A stretch of 64,000 nucleotides of DNA, taken from positions 6,520 through 70,519 of the IMG/VR virus record IMGVR_UViG_3300025466_001309; one strand, written 5' to 3'. The position numbers were made by a program, and so were the translations under genes. The notes beneath the pieces were generated by a model that worked only from the letters and a program-made list of their open reading frames with translations, searched no databases and had not been told where the DNA came from. Below are positions 54,978-64,000 of the stretch, in pieces; position 1 is the first letter of the stretch, and every line of letters begins with the position of its first letter. The stretch comes from a virus.

Positions 54978-56024
54978 TTAACCAAAATCAAATAATCGTT
55001 CAAATTCGTTATCAGCTTGTTCCATGGCTCCGTAGTCTGTTGCCAAATGTACTTCACGTGGTACGAACAGTCTATCCATATATTTTGGAATTTGTTTATG
55101 CGTCATACCCAAGTCTTTTCCAAAGAACAAACCAAACTGTGCATTGTTTAATGGTTTCCTAACGGCACATACACATACATAATCTCTTTGGGCAAAGAAA
55201 TCATACAAGTCTTGCGGTTTGTACCCGTATTGTCCGCATTGTTTTGGAACAATCTCAACCTGTACACTTGGACGATATTTGTCAATAGTATTTAGAGCAC
55301 CTTCAATAACAAATAACTCACTACCTTCGACATCAATTTTGATAGCATCAACATCTTCAAAATTGTAACTGTCAATGGTTCTGGCAGGAACATCTACTAC
55401 ATACTGTGATTTTTTTACCTGGGTAGCGTTATAGACAGCAAAGTTGTGACCACCATGTTCTGGATGATCCTGTATACCAATAGTTCCTATATTTCGATTA
55501 GTCAACGCAACTTTATGCACATTAATATTAGCCACAATATTCATAGGTTGAGGAATTCCTTTCCAAGTAAACCAACCAACATCTACAGAGGAATCTCTAT
55601 GAAGTTTACCCCCATGAACATCACCTTCCCAGTATATACCTTTTAAAGTAGACTGTTGAGCAATAGCAATATTAGCTTCCAACATGGTTAGTGTTGTAGG
55701 TGTAGGTTCAAATGATTCTACGTTTTGTGCCCATTCGGCATACGCTATGGTATTATTTCCTACATTTGATCCAACATCAATAATTCGTCTTGCATTTGGA
55801 TATATAGTTCTAATCAATCTACTATTGTTTCCTTGATAGTATACATTGACTCCACTAAATCTTGGGCCTTGTAGATTGTCAATGGCCAGTAGCCAATAGC
55901 ATCTACCAAACTTATTCATTACTAATCGGAATTTAGGATTGTTGTATAATCCACTAGGTTCAGGGAACCCAAATTGATTTTCAAATTCTTGAGGGGTGAG
56001 GGTAACTGTAATTAACTGCGGCAT
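54978..56024 (-). CDS. FkbM family methyltransferase
   Basis: IDVGSNVG, FEP, KIDVEGSE. Confidence 0.88.
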   Translation of the reverse strand: MPQLITVTLTPQEFENQFGFPEPSGLYNNPKFRLVMNKFGRCYWLLAIDNLQGPRFSGVNVYYQGNNSRLIRTIYPNARRIIDVGSNVGNNTIAYAEWAQNVESFEPTPTTLTMLEANIAIAQQSTLKGIYWEGDVHGGKLHRDSSVDVGWFTWKGIPQPMNIVANINVHKVALTNRNIGTIGIQDHPEHGGHNFAVYNATQVKKSQYVVDVPARTIDSYNFEDVDAIKIDVEGSELFVIEGALNTIDKYRPSVQVEIVPKQCGQYGYKPQDLYDFFAQRDYVCVCAVRKPLNNAQFGLFFGKDLGMTHKQIPKYMDRLFVPREVHLATDYGAMEQADNEFERLFDFG

Positions 56025-56107
56025 AATACTTCTCCTTATTATTAATATTTGCAGAGCGTCATGTTAGTTCAAACCTAACCATTGTTCGCAAAAGTATTTA
56101 TAGTATG

Positions 56108-56136
56108 ATTATACAGGAGGTATAGATCTAGAGCAA
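56108..56136 (-). promoter_or_regulatory. sigma70 promoter TTGCTC-17-TATAAT
   Basis: spacing. Confidence 0.65.
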
Positions 56137-56137
56137 G

Positions 56138-56371
56138 TTAAAACAGTTTTTTAGGTAAACTTTGATCGCGCAATTTCTTCAACCAACGAGCCCTTGCGGC
56201 TCCTTTTTTACGCTTACGTTCAGTAGTGGGTTTTTCAAAAAACATATTGTCTTTGACTGTCTCTAAAAGTCCAGCATCATCGACTCGCTGTTTAAACTTA
56301 CGCATAGCCGTATTGAGCGGCATGTCTCCAACAATTATTTTTACTCCACGACCACGATTATTTCTGCTCAT
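56138..56371 (-). CDS. rpsU: ribosomal protein bS21
   Basis: [13 protein letters not shown]...[19 protein letters not shown]. Confidence 0.92.
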   Translation of the reverse strand: MSRNNRGRGVKIIVGDMPLNTAMRKFKQRVDDAGLLETVKDNMFFEKPTTERKRKKGAARARWLKKLRDQSLPKKLF

Positions 56372-57587
56372 TCTTTGCTTTTTTATCAAAAATTAGTATA
56401 GCTGGTTTTCCATCTACTGTGTCTTTATTTACAACAATTTTAGATAAACCCCTATCTACAAGATTAATAGCATCAAATTGATAGGGTAATAGAGTCTTTT
56501 CTATAATATTTTTAAGTCCACGAGCATTGGTTTTAAGTTCTTTAGCTTTTTCAGCAATATGTGTTAACGCATCGTCGTCAAATTCTAATTCAATTCTATC
56601 TAATTCAAAAATATATTGATATTGTTTGATTATACTATTTTTTGGTTCTAATAGTACACGAACTAGGTTTTCCACACTTAGTTCATCAACGTTGGTAATT
56701 AATCCAAATCTTCCAATAAACTCTGGAATAAATCCAAATTGTATAATATCTTTAGGTATTACATGCTGATAAAACTCAGTAGTTTCTTTTTTATCTATTA
56801 ATTTAGCACTGAATCCAATACTATTGCTGATTGTTCGTTTTTGGACAATCTTGTCTAATCCTACAAATGCACCACCACAGATAAAAAGTATTCCACTGGT
56901 ATCAATTTCCTGCATTTCACTTCCAGGATGTTTGCGTTTACCTGTATACGGAACTCTCATAACACTACCTTCAATCATTTTAAGTAGAGCCTGTTGTACA
57001 CCTTCTCCGCTGACATCTCGACTAATACTGGCACTTTCACCTTTACGTGCTATTTTGTCTATTTCGTCAATATAAACGATTCCCTTAGATGCTTTTTCTA
57101 TATCCCCTTCAGACTCATTGATCAATCGTAGTAGAATACTTTCTACATCATCTCCAACATATCCAGCTTCTGTGATACTGGTTGCATCACAAATAACAAA
57201 TGGAAGATCTAAATATTCTGCTATTTTACGGGCTATCATGGTCTTGCCCGAACCTGTAGGTCCCAATAATAGTACATTGGTTTTTTCAAGTTTGATATCT
57301 TTGTTGGGATTATAGATACGTTTAAAGTGTTGACTAACTGCTACACTTAGTACTATTTTTGCATCTTCCTGACCAATTACATATTCATCTAGATAATCTT
57401 TGATGACCGCAGGATTAAGAGTTTGTCTATCAGTGGGGAAATTTTTAACTTTCTCATCTACTAATATTCCCACACATAAATCGATACAATCATTGCATAT
57501 TGCGGCATGATCTCCGACTATTAGCTTTTCTACATCTTCTTTGCTTTTTCCGCAAAAGTCACAACTGTGGCTGGCTTGTTTTGGCAC
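56358..57587 (-). CDS. clpX: ATP-dependent Clp protease ATPase ClpX
   Basis: [31 protein letters not shown] loop. Confidence 0.97.
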   Translation of the reverse strand: MPKQASHSCDFCGKSKEDVEKLIVGDHAAICNDCIDLCVGILVDEKVKNFPTDRQTLNPAVIKDYLDEYVIGQEDAKIVLSVAVSQHFKRIYNPNKDIKLEKTNVLLLGPTGSGKTMIARKIAEYLDLPFVICDATSITEAGYVGDDVESILLRLINESEGDIEKASKGIVYIDEIDKIARKGESASISRDVSGEGVQQALLKMIEGSVMRVPYTGKRKHPGSEMQEIDTSGILFICGGAFVGLDKIVQKRTISNSIGFSAKLIDKKETTEFYQHVIPKDIIQFGFIPEFIGRFGLITNVDELSVENLVRVLLEPKNSIIKQYQYIFELDRIELEFDDDALTHIAEKAKELKTNARGLKNIIEKTLLPYQFDAINLVDRGLSKIVVNKDTVDGKPAILIFDKKAKNEQK

Positions 57588-57969
57588 CTAGTATACTCTC
57601 TAAAAAGTCTTCTACTCGGTCAACTCTGTTTCCATTAATATGACTATAAACTGCTGATAAGTTTGTATCTGTAGTCTTATAGTATGTATCACTTTTTCCT
57701 AGAGCATAACCGCTTAGAGCCTGTGTAATAAAATTTACACAATCTATATTAATATACTTATACTCGCAACGGTTCAAGGCATATAAAAACCAAGATACAT
57801 TTACTTCTCCACTATAAACATAAAAGTTTATGTTATTGGCAAAATCAGATTTAGCTAACCAGCGACTGATTACTTCTTGTTCATCATCTGATATATGTGC
57901 AAATAGGACACTGGTATTTGAATTTTCGTAAAAATCCGGAGGAGTAATAAGCGTTATTTTACCCGACAT
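57559..57969 (-). CDS. hypothetical protein
   Basis: ORF track. Confidence 0.7.
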   Translation of the reverse strand: MSGKITLITPPDFYENSNTSVLFAHISDDEQEVISRWLAKSDFANNINFYVYSGEVNVSWFLYALNRCEYKYINIDCVNFITQALSGYALGKSDTYYKTTDTNLSAVYSHINGNRVDRVEDFLESILGAKTSQPQL

Positions 57970-57970
57970 C

Positions 57971-59263
57971 TTATTCTTTCTTATCTCGAATAGATTGCAA
58001 ATATTCCGTAGGAGTTATTGGCGCAGAACCTGTAGTAGCAGTTGACCAAAGGTTACTTTGTGATTGTTCCTCATTTTGTACGTAGTCATCTGGAAGTGGA
58101 ATGATAACACTTTTATTTGGAAATATTTTAACCTTGTTTCTAGCTTCGATATTTTTCGGAATGGGCATCGGGGGTTTAACAACGGCAGGTTCTTCAGGAG
58201 ACAACTGCACATCAGATGGATGATGATGATAATCATCTTCTTCATGAATCTCTTCTCCAAAAGTATACTCTGGGAATATTGTACTCGATGTTGTAACAGC
58301 ACCTGTGGGTTTCTGTGCCTCTTCTTGTAAATGCTCAAGATATTCTTTGGATATAGGCCCATTGTCCTGTGGATATGCCGCAGTTAATGATTCCGCTACT
58401 TCATCAAAATGGTCTTCAATACTACTCTTACCTAAATCATGATGCTCACTGGTCGAATGGATTGGATCTAATTCTGTTTCACGTTCACGAAACTTTTGAA
58501 AACTGACCTGACTAGCCAATAGCAGTATGACCGCAAGTGGATCAAAGACAATAACAATGAGGATAATAATCCAAGTGACCGCTCGTTCAAGAATCGACGA
58601 GTCTGGATTGGCGCCGTATATAAAGGCCGCTATATATTTGACAGGTCCTACCTCTGCCTCGACCTTACGTACCTCTGCCGCAATAGGCGCTCTCTCATCG
58701 TTAAGAGTAGCAATGGTTTTTTGGGATTGAGTAATCTCTTGGCTAATGCGACCGCGATCTTTCTGTTGGGCTTTACGGATAGCAACTGCCTTGTCCGCAC
58801 CTTTTTCATCTTGTGAGCGTGCCATAACTTGATCCACGGCCTCATCAAGTTGTTTGAGGATCTTGCGATTTTCATCTATATTTTCCTTTTCTACTTTTAT
58901 CTTTTCATCATATACAGCTATCTTAGCCGAGACATCTCCACTGACAAGATTTTGATCATTGTGAGCTTTACTTAAAAAGCCAAAGATACCCATGCTGGTA
59001 ATAAACATCAATAACGCAACAGCGATTAACAAATATGTTTTAATTGTCCAATGAGCAATTTTCCAATTTTGTTTCAACCAAACAGTGGCAATGAGTTTAC
59101 TGATCTCAAGGCTAACACCCATAATTATAATAGGAATAACTGCGGCAGAAAATATTGCAGTAAGACCTGCTACCGAATAATATACTGCTACGGCTGAAAC
59201 TGATAAGCCGCTGAATAACGCCAGATAGGCAATTATTTTTTCACTTAATGGTGTCTTCGTCAT
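57971..59263 (-). CDS. multi-TM coiled-coil membrane protein
   Basis: 3 N-terminal TMs, TSMGIFGFLSKAH, coiled coil, VFDPLAV. Confidence 0.8.
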   Translation of the reverse strand: MTKTPLSEKIIAYLALFSGLSVSAVAVYYSVAGLTAIFSAAVIPIIIMGVSLEISKLIATVWLKQNWKIAHWTIKTYLLIAVALLMFITSMGIFGFLSKAHNDQNLVSGDVSAKIAVYDEKIKVEKENIDENRKILKQLDEAVDQVMARSQDEKGADKAVAIRKAQQKDRGRISQEITQSQKTIATLNDERAPIAAEVRKVEAEVGPVKYIAAFIYGANPDSSILERAVTWIIILIVIVFDPLAVILLLASQVSFQKFRERETELDPIHSTSEHHDLGKSSIEDHFDEVAESLTAAYPQDNGPISKEYLEHLQEEAQKPTGAVTTSSTIFPEYTFGEEIHEEDDYHHHPSDVQLSPEEPAVVKPPMPIPKNIEARNKVKIFPNKSVIIPLPDDYVQNEEQSQSNLWSTATTGSAPITPTEYLQSIRDKKE

Positions 59264-59265
59264 GC

Positions 59266-60036
59266 TTAACCTTTTCTTTCAATATCTTCTTCAACGCAAT
59301 TCTCACCATACTGTATCTCGATAATTTTTAAACTTGATGTAGTTTCATTACAGAGCTGATGCCATGTTTTACGATGTATATGTGTATTATCAAATTTATT
59401 ATAAATGCCGGCTAGTTCATAATCGGTACTAGAATCTTCTATAGTCAACACCGTTGCAGTACCTTCGGCCACAAACCAATGTTCAGCACGATCACCATGC
59501 CGTTGCATACTGAGACGTTTTCCAGGTTCAACAGTTAGTTCTTTGACCTTAACCTCATGGGCCTGTTCATGTAACACTCTATAGTAACCCCACGGACGTT
59601 GAGTTTTAGGTGCCTTCCATTCTTCTAGAATCCATCGACTGGAATTCTTTTTATCCTCACCACCTACACCGAAAATAAAACTCAATCTAGGATCTGTTAT
59701 CTGCATTTCTGGAATATTAGTAGCAGTCCTATCTCCCCCGTTGGCAAAGACAATTTCATCGTTAGGGAATAAATCTAATATTTCTCGGATAAATGGTGTG
59801 CAACTACCGTCTTTATCCTCTGTGACTGAGACAGTCATATCTACCATTTTCAACTCTCGAATGACTGCATCACGCTCCCAGATGGGCATAAACGCACGGC
59901 CCTTTTTCTTAGTAAGCCAAGCATCACTGTTGAGCCCGACTATAAGTTTGTCGCCTAATGCTCGGGCTTCTTTGAAGTAAGCGATATGTCCGCTGTGTAT
60001 GGGGTCAAACCCTCCTGAAACTAAAATTATTCTCAT
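59266..60036 (-). CDS. cytidylyltransferase fused to mannose-6-phosphate isomerase-type cupin
   Basis: SGGFDPIHSGH, ANGGDR, RPWG, LSMQRH..RAEHW, EEDIER. Confidence 0.9.
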   Translation of the reverse strand: MRIILVSGGFDPIHSGHIAYFKEARALGDKLIVGLNSDAWLTKKKGRAFMPIWERDAVIRELKMVDMTVSVTEDKDGSCTPFIREILDLFPNDEIVFANGGDRTATNIPEMQITDPRLSFIFGVGGEDKKNSSRWILEEWKAPKTQRPWGYYRVLHEQAHEVKVKELTVEPGKRLSMQRHGDRAEHWFVAEGTATVLTIEDSSTDYELAGIYNKFDNTHIHRKTWHQLCNETTSSLKIIEIQYGENCVEEDIERKG

Positions 60037-60431
60037 CAACGCCTCATTGTAGAAATTGCAACGGCTTCTTCGTCGCTGAATATAGGAACAGCATTGGACT
60101 TATGCATCGTACCAATGCCGATAATTTTTGTGCCTGAATATTTCGGAATTTGTTTGCTAGACACAGGTCCCAAGTGCCCTGTATTTAAACTCTTGATATG
60201 GCCAGTGTTGCCTCTTCCGGGCGGAGCCGATAAAGTATAAGACAAAGTTTCACTGGTCATGGCACGTTGACGCTTTTTGGTTTCAGCATCTACTCCCCAC
60301 TTCTTTTGTATTTCACGCCACTCTCGATCTAATTGTTCAGCTTTGCGTTTGGCTTCAGCAGATGCAAATTTTACTTTGCCTTTCTTTTTGCCTGTAGTAG
60401 AATACATTGGAGGTAATAGATGCATTGTCAT
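60036..60431 (-). CDS. phage hypothetical protein
   Basis: GIGTMHKSNAVPIF. Confidence 0.7.
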   Translation of the reverse strand: MTMHLLPPMYSTTGKKKGKVKFASAEAKRKAEQLDREWREIQKKWGVDAETKKRQRAMTSETLSYTLSAPPGRGNTGHIKSLNTGHLGPVSSKQIPKYSGTKIIGIGTMHKSNAVPIFSDEEAVAISTMRR

Positions 60432-60527
60432 AATTGTTAATCCCAAAAAAGAATAATAAGAGAAAAGACCAAAGCCCAACCGAGGTGGCCTAACATCAAT
60501 AATATTAACACGCCTACCCAAGGCATG

Positions 60528-60833
60528 TCAAACCTTTACCAATGCAGGAGTATGTGCAACAATCAGTAACTGTGTTTTCTTTGGCATTCCTGTAAAACGC
60601 AAAATAGTACCATCAGGCGCAATTTTGAAACTACCTGCCACTACCCAGATTTGATTACCTGTAGGGTCAATAACTGCTAGTTTACGAACAACACCGTTAA
60701 GAGTACCATCTACTGAATACTTGCCTGTATTCCAAGAGTAGGTAGCTTTATTACCTTGCCAGGTTTGAGAGTCACCTGTGGTTTGTTTGCAATAGTTAGA
60801 TAATGATTGGATAGTATTTTCAATAGTTGACAT
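60528..60833 (-). CDS. hypothetical protein
   Basis: AGGAG SD, promoter upstream. Confidence 0.75.
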   Translation of the reverse strand: MSTIENTIQSLSNYCKQTTGDSQTWQGNKATYSWNTGKYSVDGTLNGVVRKLAVIDPTGNQIWVVAGSFKIAPDGTILRFTGMPKKTQLLIVAHTPALVKV

Positions 60834-60865
60834 TATAGATTCTCCTGTGTGTATGTCTATACACT

Positions 60866-60894
60866 ATTATATGGTAAATCCAGGAAAAAAGCAA
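60866..60894 (-). promoter_or_regulatory. sigma70 promoter TTGCTT-17-TATAAT
   Basis: spacing. Confidence 0.7.
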
Positions 60895-60899
60895 GCTCT

Positions 60900-61622
60900 T
60901 TAATATCTTATTTTTGCCAATCGTAAAAACTCAAATATCTTCAACCACATCCAACCGATATCAAACTCAAACCAACGATGACTGAGCTTTGGATTAGACG
61001 GGTCAGCATGGTGATTATTGTGTAGCTCTTCTCCACCAATCACAATACCAAGATTACACAGGTTACGAGATCCATCCTTAACCCTGGGGGTACTATCGCT
61101 ATCATAATTTTTGTATCCTATCCAATGTGCTAAACCATTGATTACTCCTGCGGCCCAAAACGGTATCCAAATCATCTGGATGCCCCAAATTACAGCACCC
61201 CAGGGTCCAAACAATGCTAGATCAATCAATAACATTATTGATATTCCGGTAAAGTTGTGCGGAGTATACAGGTTGCGTTCAATCCAATCATCCGGAGTGC
61301 CTTTTCCAAACTGATCAATCAATGCCTTGTCTCGGGCGGCATAACTGTACAACAATGCACCACCGAATAATACACGCCAAATACCAAATACGTAGGGACT
61401 GTGTGGATCTCCTTCCTTGTCACTGTGCTTGTGATGTTTGCGATGTATAGAGACCCATTGACGGGTAATCATTCCAGTGGTTAGCCATAACCAAAAACGC
61501 ATGAAATGTTGTAGTAGAGGATGGAATTGAATTCCTCTATGTGCTTGTCCTCTGTGCAGGAATAATGTAACGCAGACGATAGTTATATGTGTAACTATTA
61601 AAGTATAAAGTATTTCAATCAT
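60900..61622 (-). CDS. membrane fatty-acid (delta-9-like) desaturase
   Basis: His boxes HRGQAH, HRKHH, HNNHH. Confidence 0.92.
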   Translation of the reverse strand: MIEILYTLIVTHITIVCVTLFLHRGQAHRGIQFHPLLQHFMRFWLWLTTGMITRQWVSIHRKHHKHSDKEGDPHSPYVFGIWRVLFGGALLYSYAARDKALIDQFGKGTPDDWIERNLYTPHNFTGISIMLLIDLALFGPWGAVIWGIQMIWIPFWAAGVINGLAHWIGYKNYDSDSTPRVKDGSRNLCNLGIVIGGEELHNNHHADPSNPKLSHRWFEFDIGWMWLKIFEFLRLAKIRY

Positions 61623-61635
61623 ACAGTACTTATAC

Positions 61636-61661
61636 AAAAAAAGGGCCTCTAGGGCCCTTTT
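61636..61661 (-). terminator. intrinsic terminator
   Basis: AAAAGGGCC stem with T7 tail on minus strand. Confidence 0.8.
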
Positions 61662-61679
61662 GTATAATAAAAATGATAT

Positions 61680-61814
61680 TTAAACCACTTCGTAATCTTC
61701 TTTGCCTACTCCGCATTCTGGGCAAGTAAAATCATCTGGAAGTTCTTCCCACACACCTTCAATTGCCTCCTCGTGGACATGGCCACAGACCACACATACA
61801 TGTTCTGGTTTCAT
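61680..61814 (-). CDS. rubredoxin (44 aa, not in ORF track)
   Basis: CVVCG...WEELPDDFTCPECGVGK. Confidence 0.92.
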   Translation of the reverse strand: MKPEHVCVVCGHVHEEAIEGVWEELPDDFTCPECGVGKEDYEVV

Positions 61815-62263
61815 TATAGAGCCTCCAATACTTGTTGATATACTTCTGCATGACGCTTCTCTACTTTGAGTAGAGCGGCAAAACGCTTCTCTGCTTTGGC
61901 TAATACTGCTTTGAATTGCTGAGCATGTAGATTAGATTCGCGACCTTGTTCGTTAAACTCTTTAACAGCTTCAATATTTTGTTCAGCTTTGGCACGCTCT
62001 TCAAACTTTGGATACATTTCTGTATACTCGTAAGTTTCACCTTCGATGGCTTTTTCTAAACATTCTTTGGTTGTTGGTCGGCCAATTAGTAATTCCAAAT
62101 GACCCCAAGCATGTTTGATTTCCTGATCGGCGGTATCTTCAAAATGTTTTGCAACATCTTCAAATCCTTCCTCACGGGCAATCTTAGCAAAGTAGCGATA
62201 CTTGATATGAGCCATTGACTCACCGGCCAATGCACTCTTAAGATTCTGTAATGTAATAGACAT
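61814..62263 (-). CDS. rubrerythrin
   Basis: AGES, EIKHA, EGETYE..MYP, ExxH. Confidence 0.92.
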   Translation of the reverse strand: MSITLQNLKSALAGESMAHIKYRYFAKIAREEGFEDVAKHFEDTADQEIKHAWGHLELLIGRPTTKECLEKAIEGETYEYTEMYPKFEERAKAEQNIEAVKEFNEQGRESNLHAQQFKAVLAKAEKRFAALLKVEKRHAEVYQQVLEAL

Positions 62264-62369
62264 AAGTTCTCCTTCTGTGTAAGTCTAGTAATAATTATAC
62301 ACTATTATTTACTGGGTAACAATAGGTTTTTTAAATAATTATTTCTATGACTGTAATAGGAATTTTTTA

Positions 62370-63110
62370 TTAACGTACAGTCTCACGTATGACTACAGCA
62401 CCAGGTTTTTGAAGAGTATCAGCACGGCGTTGATTGTATTCTGCGTTGTCAACTGCTAATAGTTGCTCAGTGACTTTAGTTTGACTGATAGGGCGGACCT
62501 CTGCCTTGGACTCAACTTCTTTGTCCAATTCTTTTTGTAGGCTGTCATCTGATGATGTATTCAGACTTTGTTTTTGTTGTATCTGTGCCTTTAACAAACG
62601 ATTAGCATCACCAATTGGATAACGTACTAGAATAAATGTACGGTAGTTACGATTCTCACTTAAGATCTTAGTGTCTTCAATCATGTAACCAGTCATTACA
62701 GTATTGGCAATAACTTTCTTAACTGTAATACTGGTCTTGTCCGAAACAACTGAACCAGTCGAGTCTGACTTCTGTTGTTTGATCATAGCATTCATTGCAC
62801 CATTGAGTGTATCTGCTAATTTCATTTGACTATCCAACAAGGCCTTTTCACGGCTCATTGCTAGATCGGAACTGTAACCAGTACCAGCAAAATAAATGTA
62901 CTCTTCAGTAGAAGCAGGAGGTTTGATATACCAATTTGGCAAATCAATGGTCATAGGACTTTCAACTTTGCCAGCGGCCGCAATAGGCTGGTCTTTAGTC
63001 ACTGCCGGTGTTGGACTAGGAACTGGTGTTTCCTTAGCCACCTGCGGTGCAACAGTTGAACAACCTACTAAAACAGTAAGAACGGCACTAGCAATAATTA
63101 GTCTTTTCAT
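62370..63110 (-). CDS. lipoprotein (LPP20-like)
   Basis: lipobox LVGC, P.WY, G.GYSSDL..S.EKA. Confidence 0.75.
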   Translation of the reverse strand: MKRLIIASAVLTVLVGCSTVAPQVAKETPVPSPTPAVTKDQPIAAAGKVESPMTIDLPNWYIKPPASTEEYIYFAGTGYSSDLAMSREKALLDSQMKLADTLNGAMNAMIKQQKSDSTGSVVSDKTSITVKKVIANTVMTGYMIEDTKILSENRNYRTFILVRYPIGDANRLLKAQIQQKQSLNTSSDDSLQKELDKEVESKAEVRPISQTKVTEQLLAVDNAEYNQRRADTLQKPGAVVIRETVR

Positions 63111-63155
63111 GATTTCTCCTTAAAGTGTGTGTGAACTAATTTAACCTAACAATTT

Positions 63156-63184
63156 ATTGTAACAGAATTTTTACCACTTGTCAA
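63156..63184 (-). promoter_or_regulatory. sigma70 promoter TTGACA-17-TACAAT
   Basis: near consensus. Confidence 0.8.
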
Positions 63185-63797
63185 CCATTAGAATTATCGA
63201 ATGCTTGATTTGGAATAATATCTACAATCAAATGAACCCTATCCTCAGTACCATTATTTTTAACTCCATGAAAGATTTTATTATTAATTTCATAACATTG
63301 TCCAACTTTCATATTGATAACTTCTTTGTTAACTACAAAATCAACTTGATCGTTGGTTATAATTGGAATATGGCACCGATGGACAGACTGCAAATAATAT
63401 CCATTATCTACATGGGGAGGGATTATACCTCCATTTGCTCTTAATTTTGTAAGAAGAGTCCTTCCATTTTTTCCATCAAAATGATTTTCTAAATAATCTA
63501 TAATAGGCCTAATAACTTTTTCCAGTTTATTTGTAGGATCTGAAATAGAATAATATTGGTATCCATGATTTGCTTGCCACATTAAAGGAAACATAGTTAT
63601 GATTAAACTATGTGTATCTACATGTTGGGCATAATAATTTTGCCTATGGTCATCAAGCATCCATTCATGTCTAAAGTCTTGAACAATATTTTTAATATTA
63701 GCAATATCAAAATCACAGATGTAATTAAAGTTAAAATTTAAATCTCTTTTAAACATTATATATTTTTCCTATATATTAATTTACCACTTGTCAACCA
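63170..63797. repeat. 18-bp direct repeat tttaccacttgtcaacca flanking the hydroxylase gene
   Basis: copies at 63170-63187 and 63780-63797. Confidence 0.85.
63181..63756 (-). CDS. aspartyl/asparaginyl beta-hydroxylase-like 2OG-Fe(II) oxygenase
   Basis: IPPHVD, RCHIPIITN, HGVKN, RVHLIVD. Confidence 0.88.
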   Translation of the reverse strand: MFKRDLNFNFNYICDFDIANIKNIVQDFRHEWMLDDHRQNYYAQHVDTHSLIITMFPLMWQANHGYQYYSISDPTNKLEKVIRPIIDYLENHFDGKNGRTLLTKLRANGGIIPPHVDNGYYLQSVHRCHIPIITNDQVDFVVNKEVINMKVGQCYEINNKIFHGVKNNGTEDRVHLIVDIIPNQAFDNSNG

Positions 63798-64000
63798 CTT
63801 GCCAATCTGTGTCTTGTATGCGACAAGCCACACCCTGACGTTGAATTAAATCTCCGACTCTACCCTCAGTTTCGATAAACCAACGGCAGTTAGCACTACG
63901 GTATTTGAATTGATTTGGAAAGTTAGGATGGGGTTGCAACTCACTTTCCAAAACATGATCTCCTATTTCTACCTTTCGTACCGTTGGAATTGGACGATCA
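63781..64000 (-). CDS. partial hypothetical protein ending ...DWQVVDKW
   Basis: open frame to TAA at 63781-63783. Confidence 0.65.
   Translation of the reverse strand, partial: DRPIPTVRKVEIGDHVLESELQPHPNFPNQFKYRSANCRWFIETEGRVGDLIQRQGVACRIQDTDWQVVDKW

Noticed and set aside
114-63444. Numerous 60-150 aa ORFs antisense to or nested in recognised genes
   Set aside because: Shadow frames without SD or recognisable motifs
1-64000. Stop-codon reassignment
   Set aside because: Conserved proteins are full length in code 11, all three stops are used, no suppressor tRNA found

Overview
AT-rich segment of a large lytic bacteriophage (jumbo or T4-like organisation). It uses the standard code and most genes lie on the minus strand. 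Host-like genes tentatively suggest a proteobacterial, possibly betaproteobacterial freshwater, host. Layout: (1) 1-2.3 kb, tandem array of translationally coupled MNERI...GVEE paralogs; (2) 2.3-14 kb, early/metabolic genes including an unannotated DfrB/R67-like ORF, folE, ugd and a kinase plus phosphoesterase; (3) 14.7-23.2 kb, 24 tRNAs (19 amino acids, no Ala), a tRNA-like RNA, a truncated tRNA, several ncRNA candidates, rpoZ, ppiC, dCMP deaminase and a homing endonuclease; (4) 23.6-23.9 kb, a promoter, a leader peptide using all 20 amino acids and a mutually exclusive antiterminator/terminator, i.e. a candidate pan-codon attenuator upstream of the tRNA array; (5) 24-40.5 kb, a glycan-modification island with many glycosyl- and methyltransferase paralogs, a RuBisCO-like protein and a PlcP-Agt-like pair; (6) 41-64 kb, host-takeover genes (RimK, DUF4214/S-layer-like, hemO plus bilin reductase, ClpS, Hsp20 with ROSE-like leader, HemA dimerisation-domain mimic, PBP, bS21, ClpX, desaturase, rubrerythrin/rubredoxin). 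All calls come from manual reading and motif recognition; no database searches were run.
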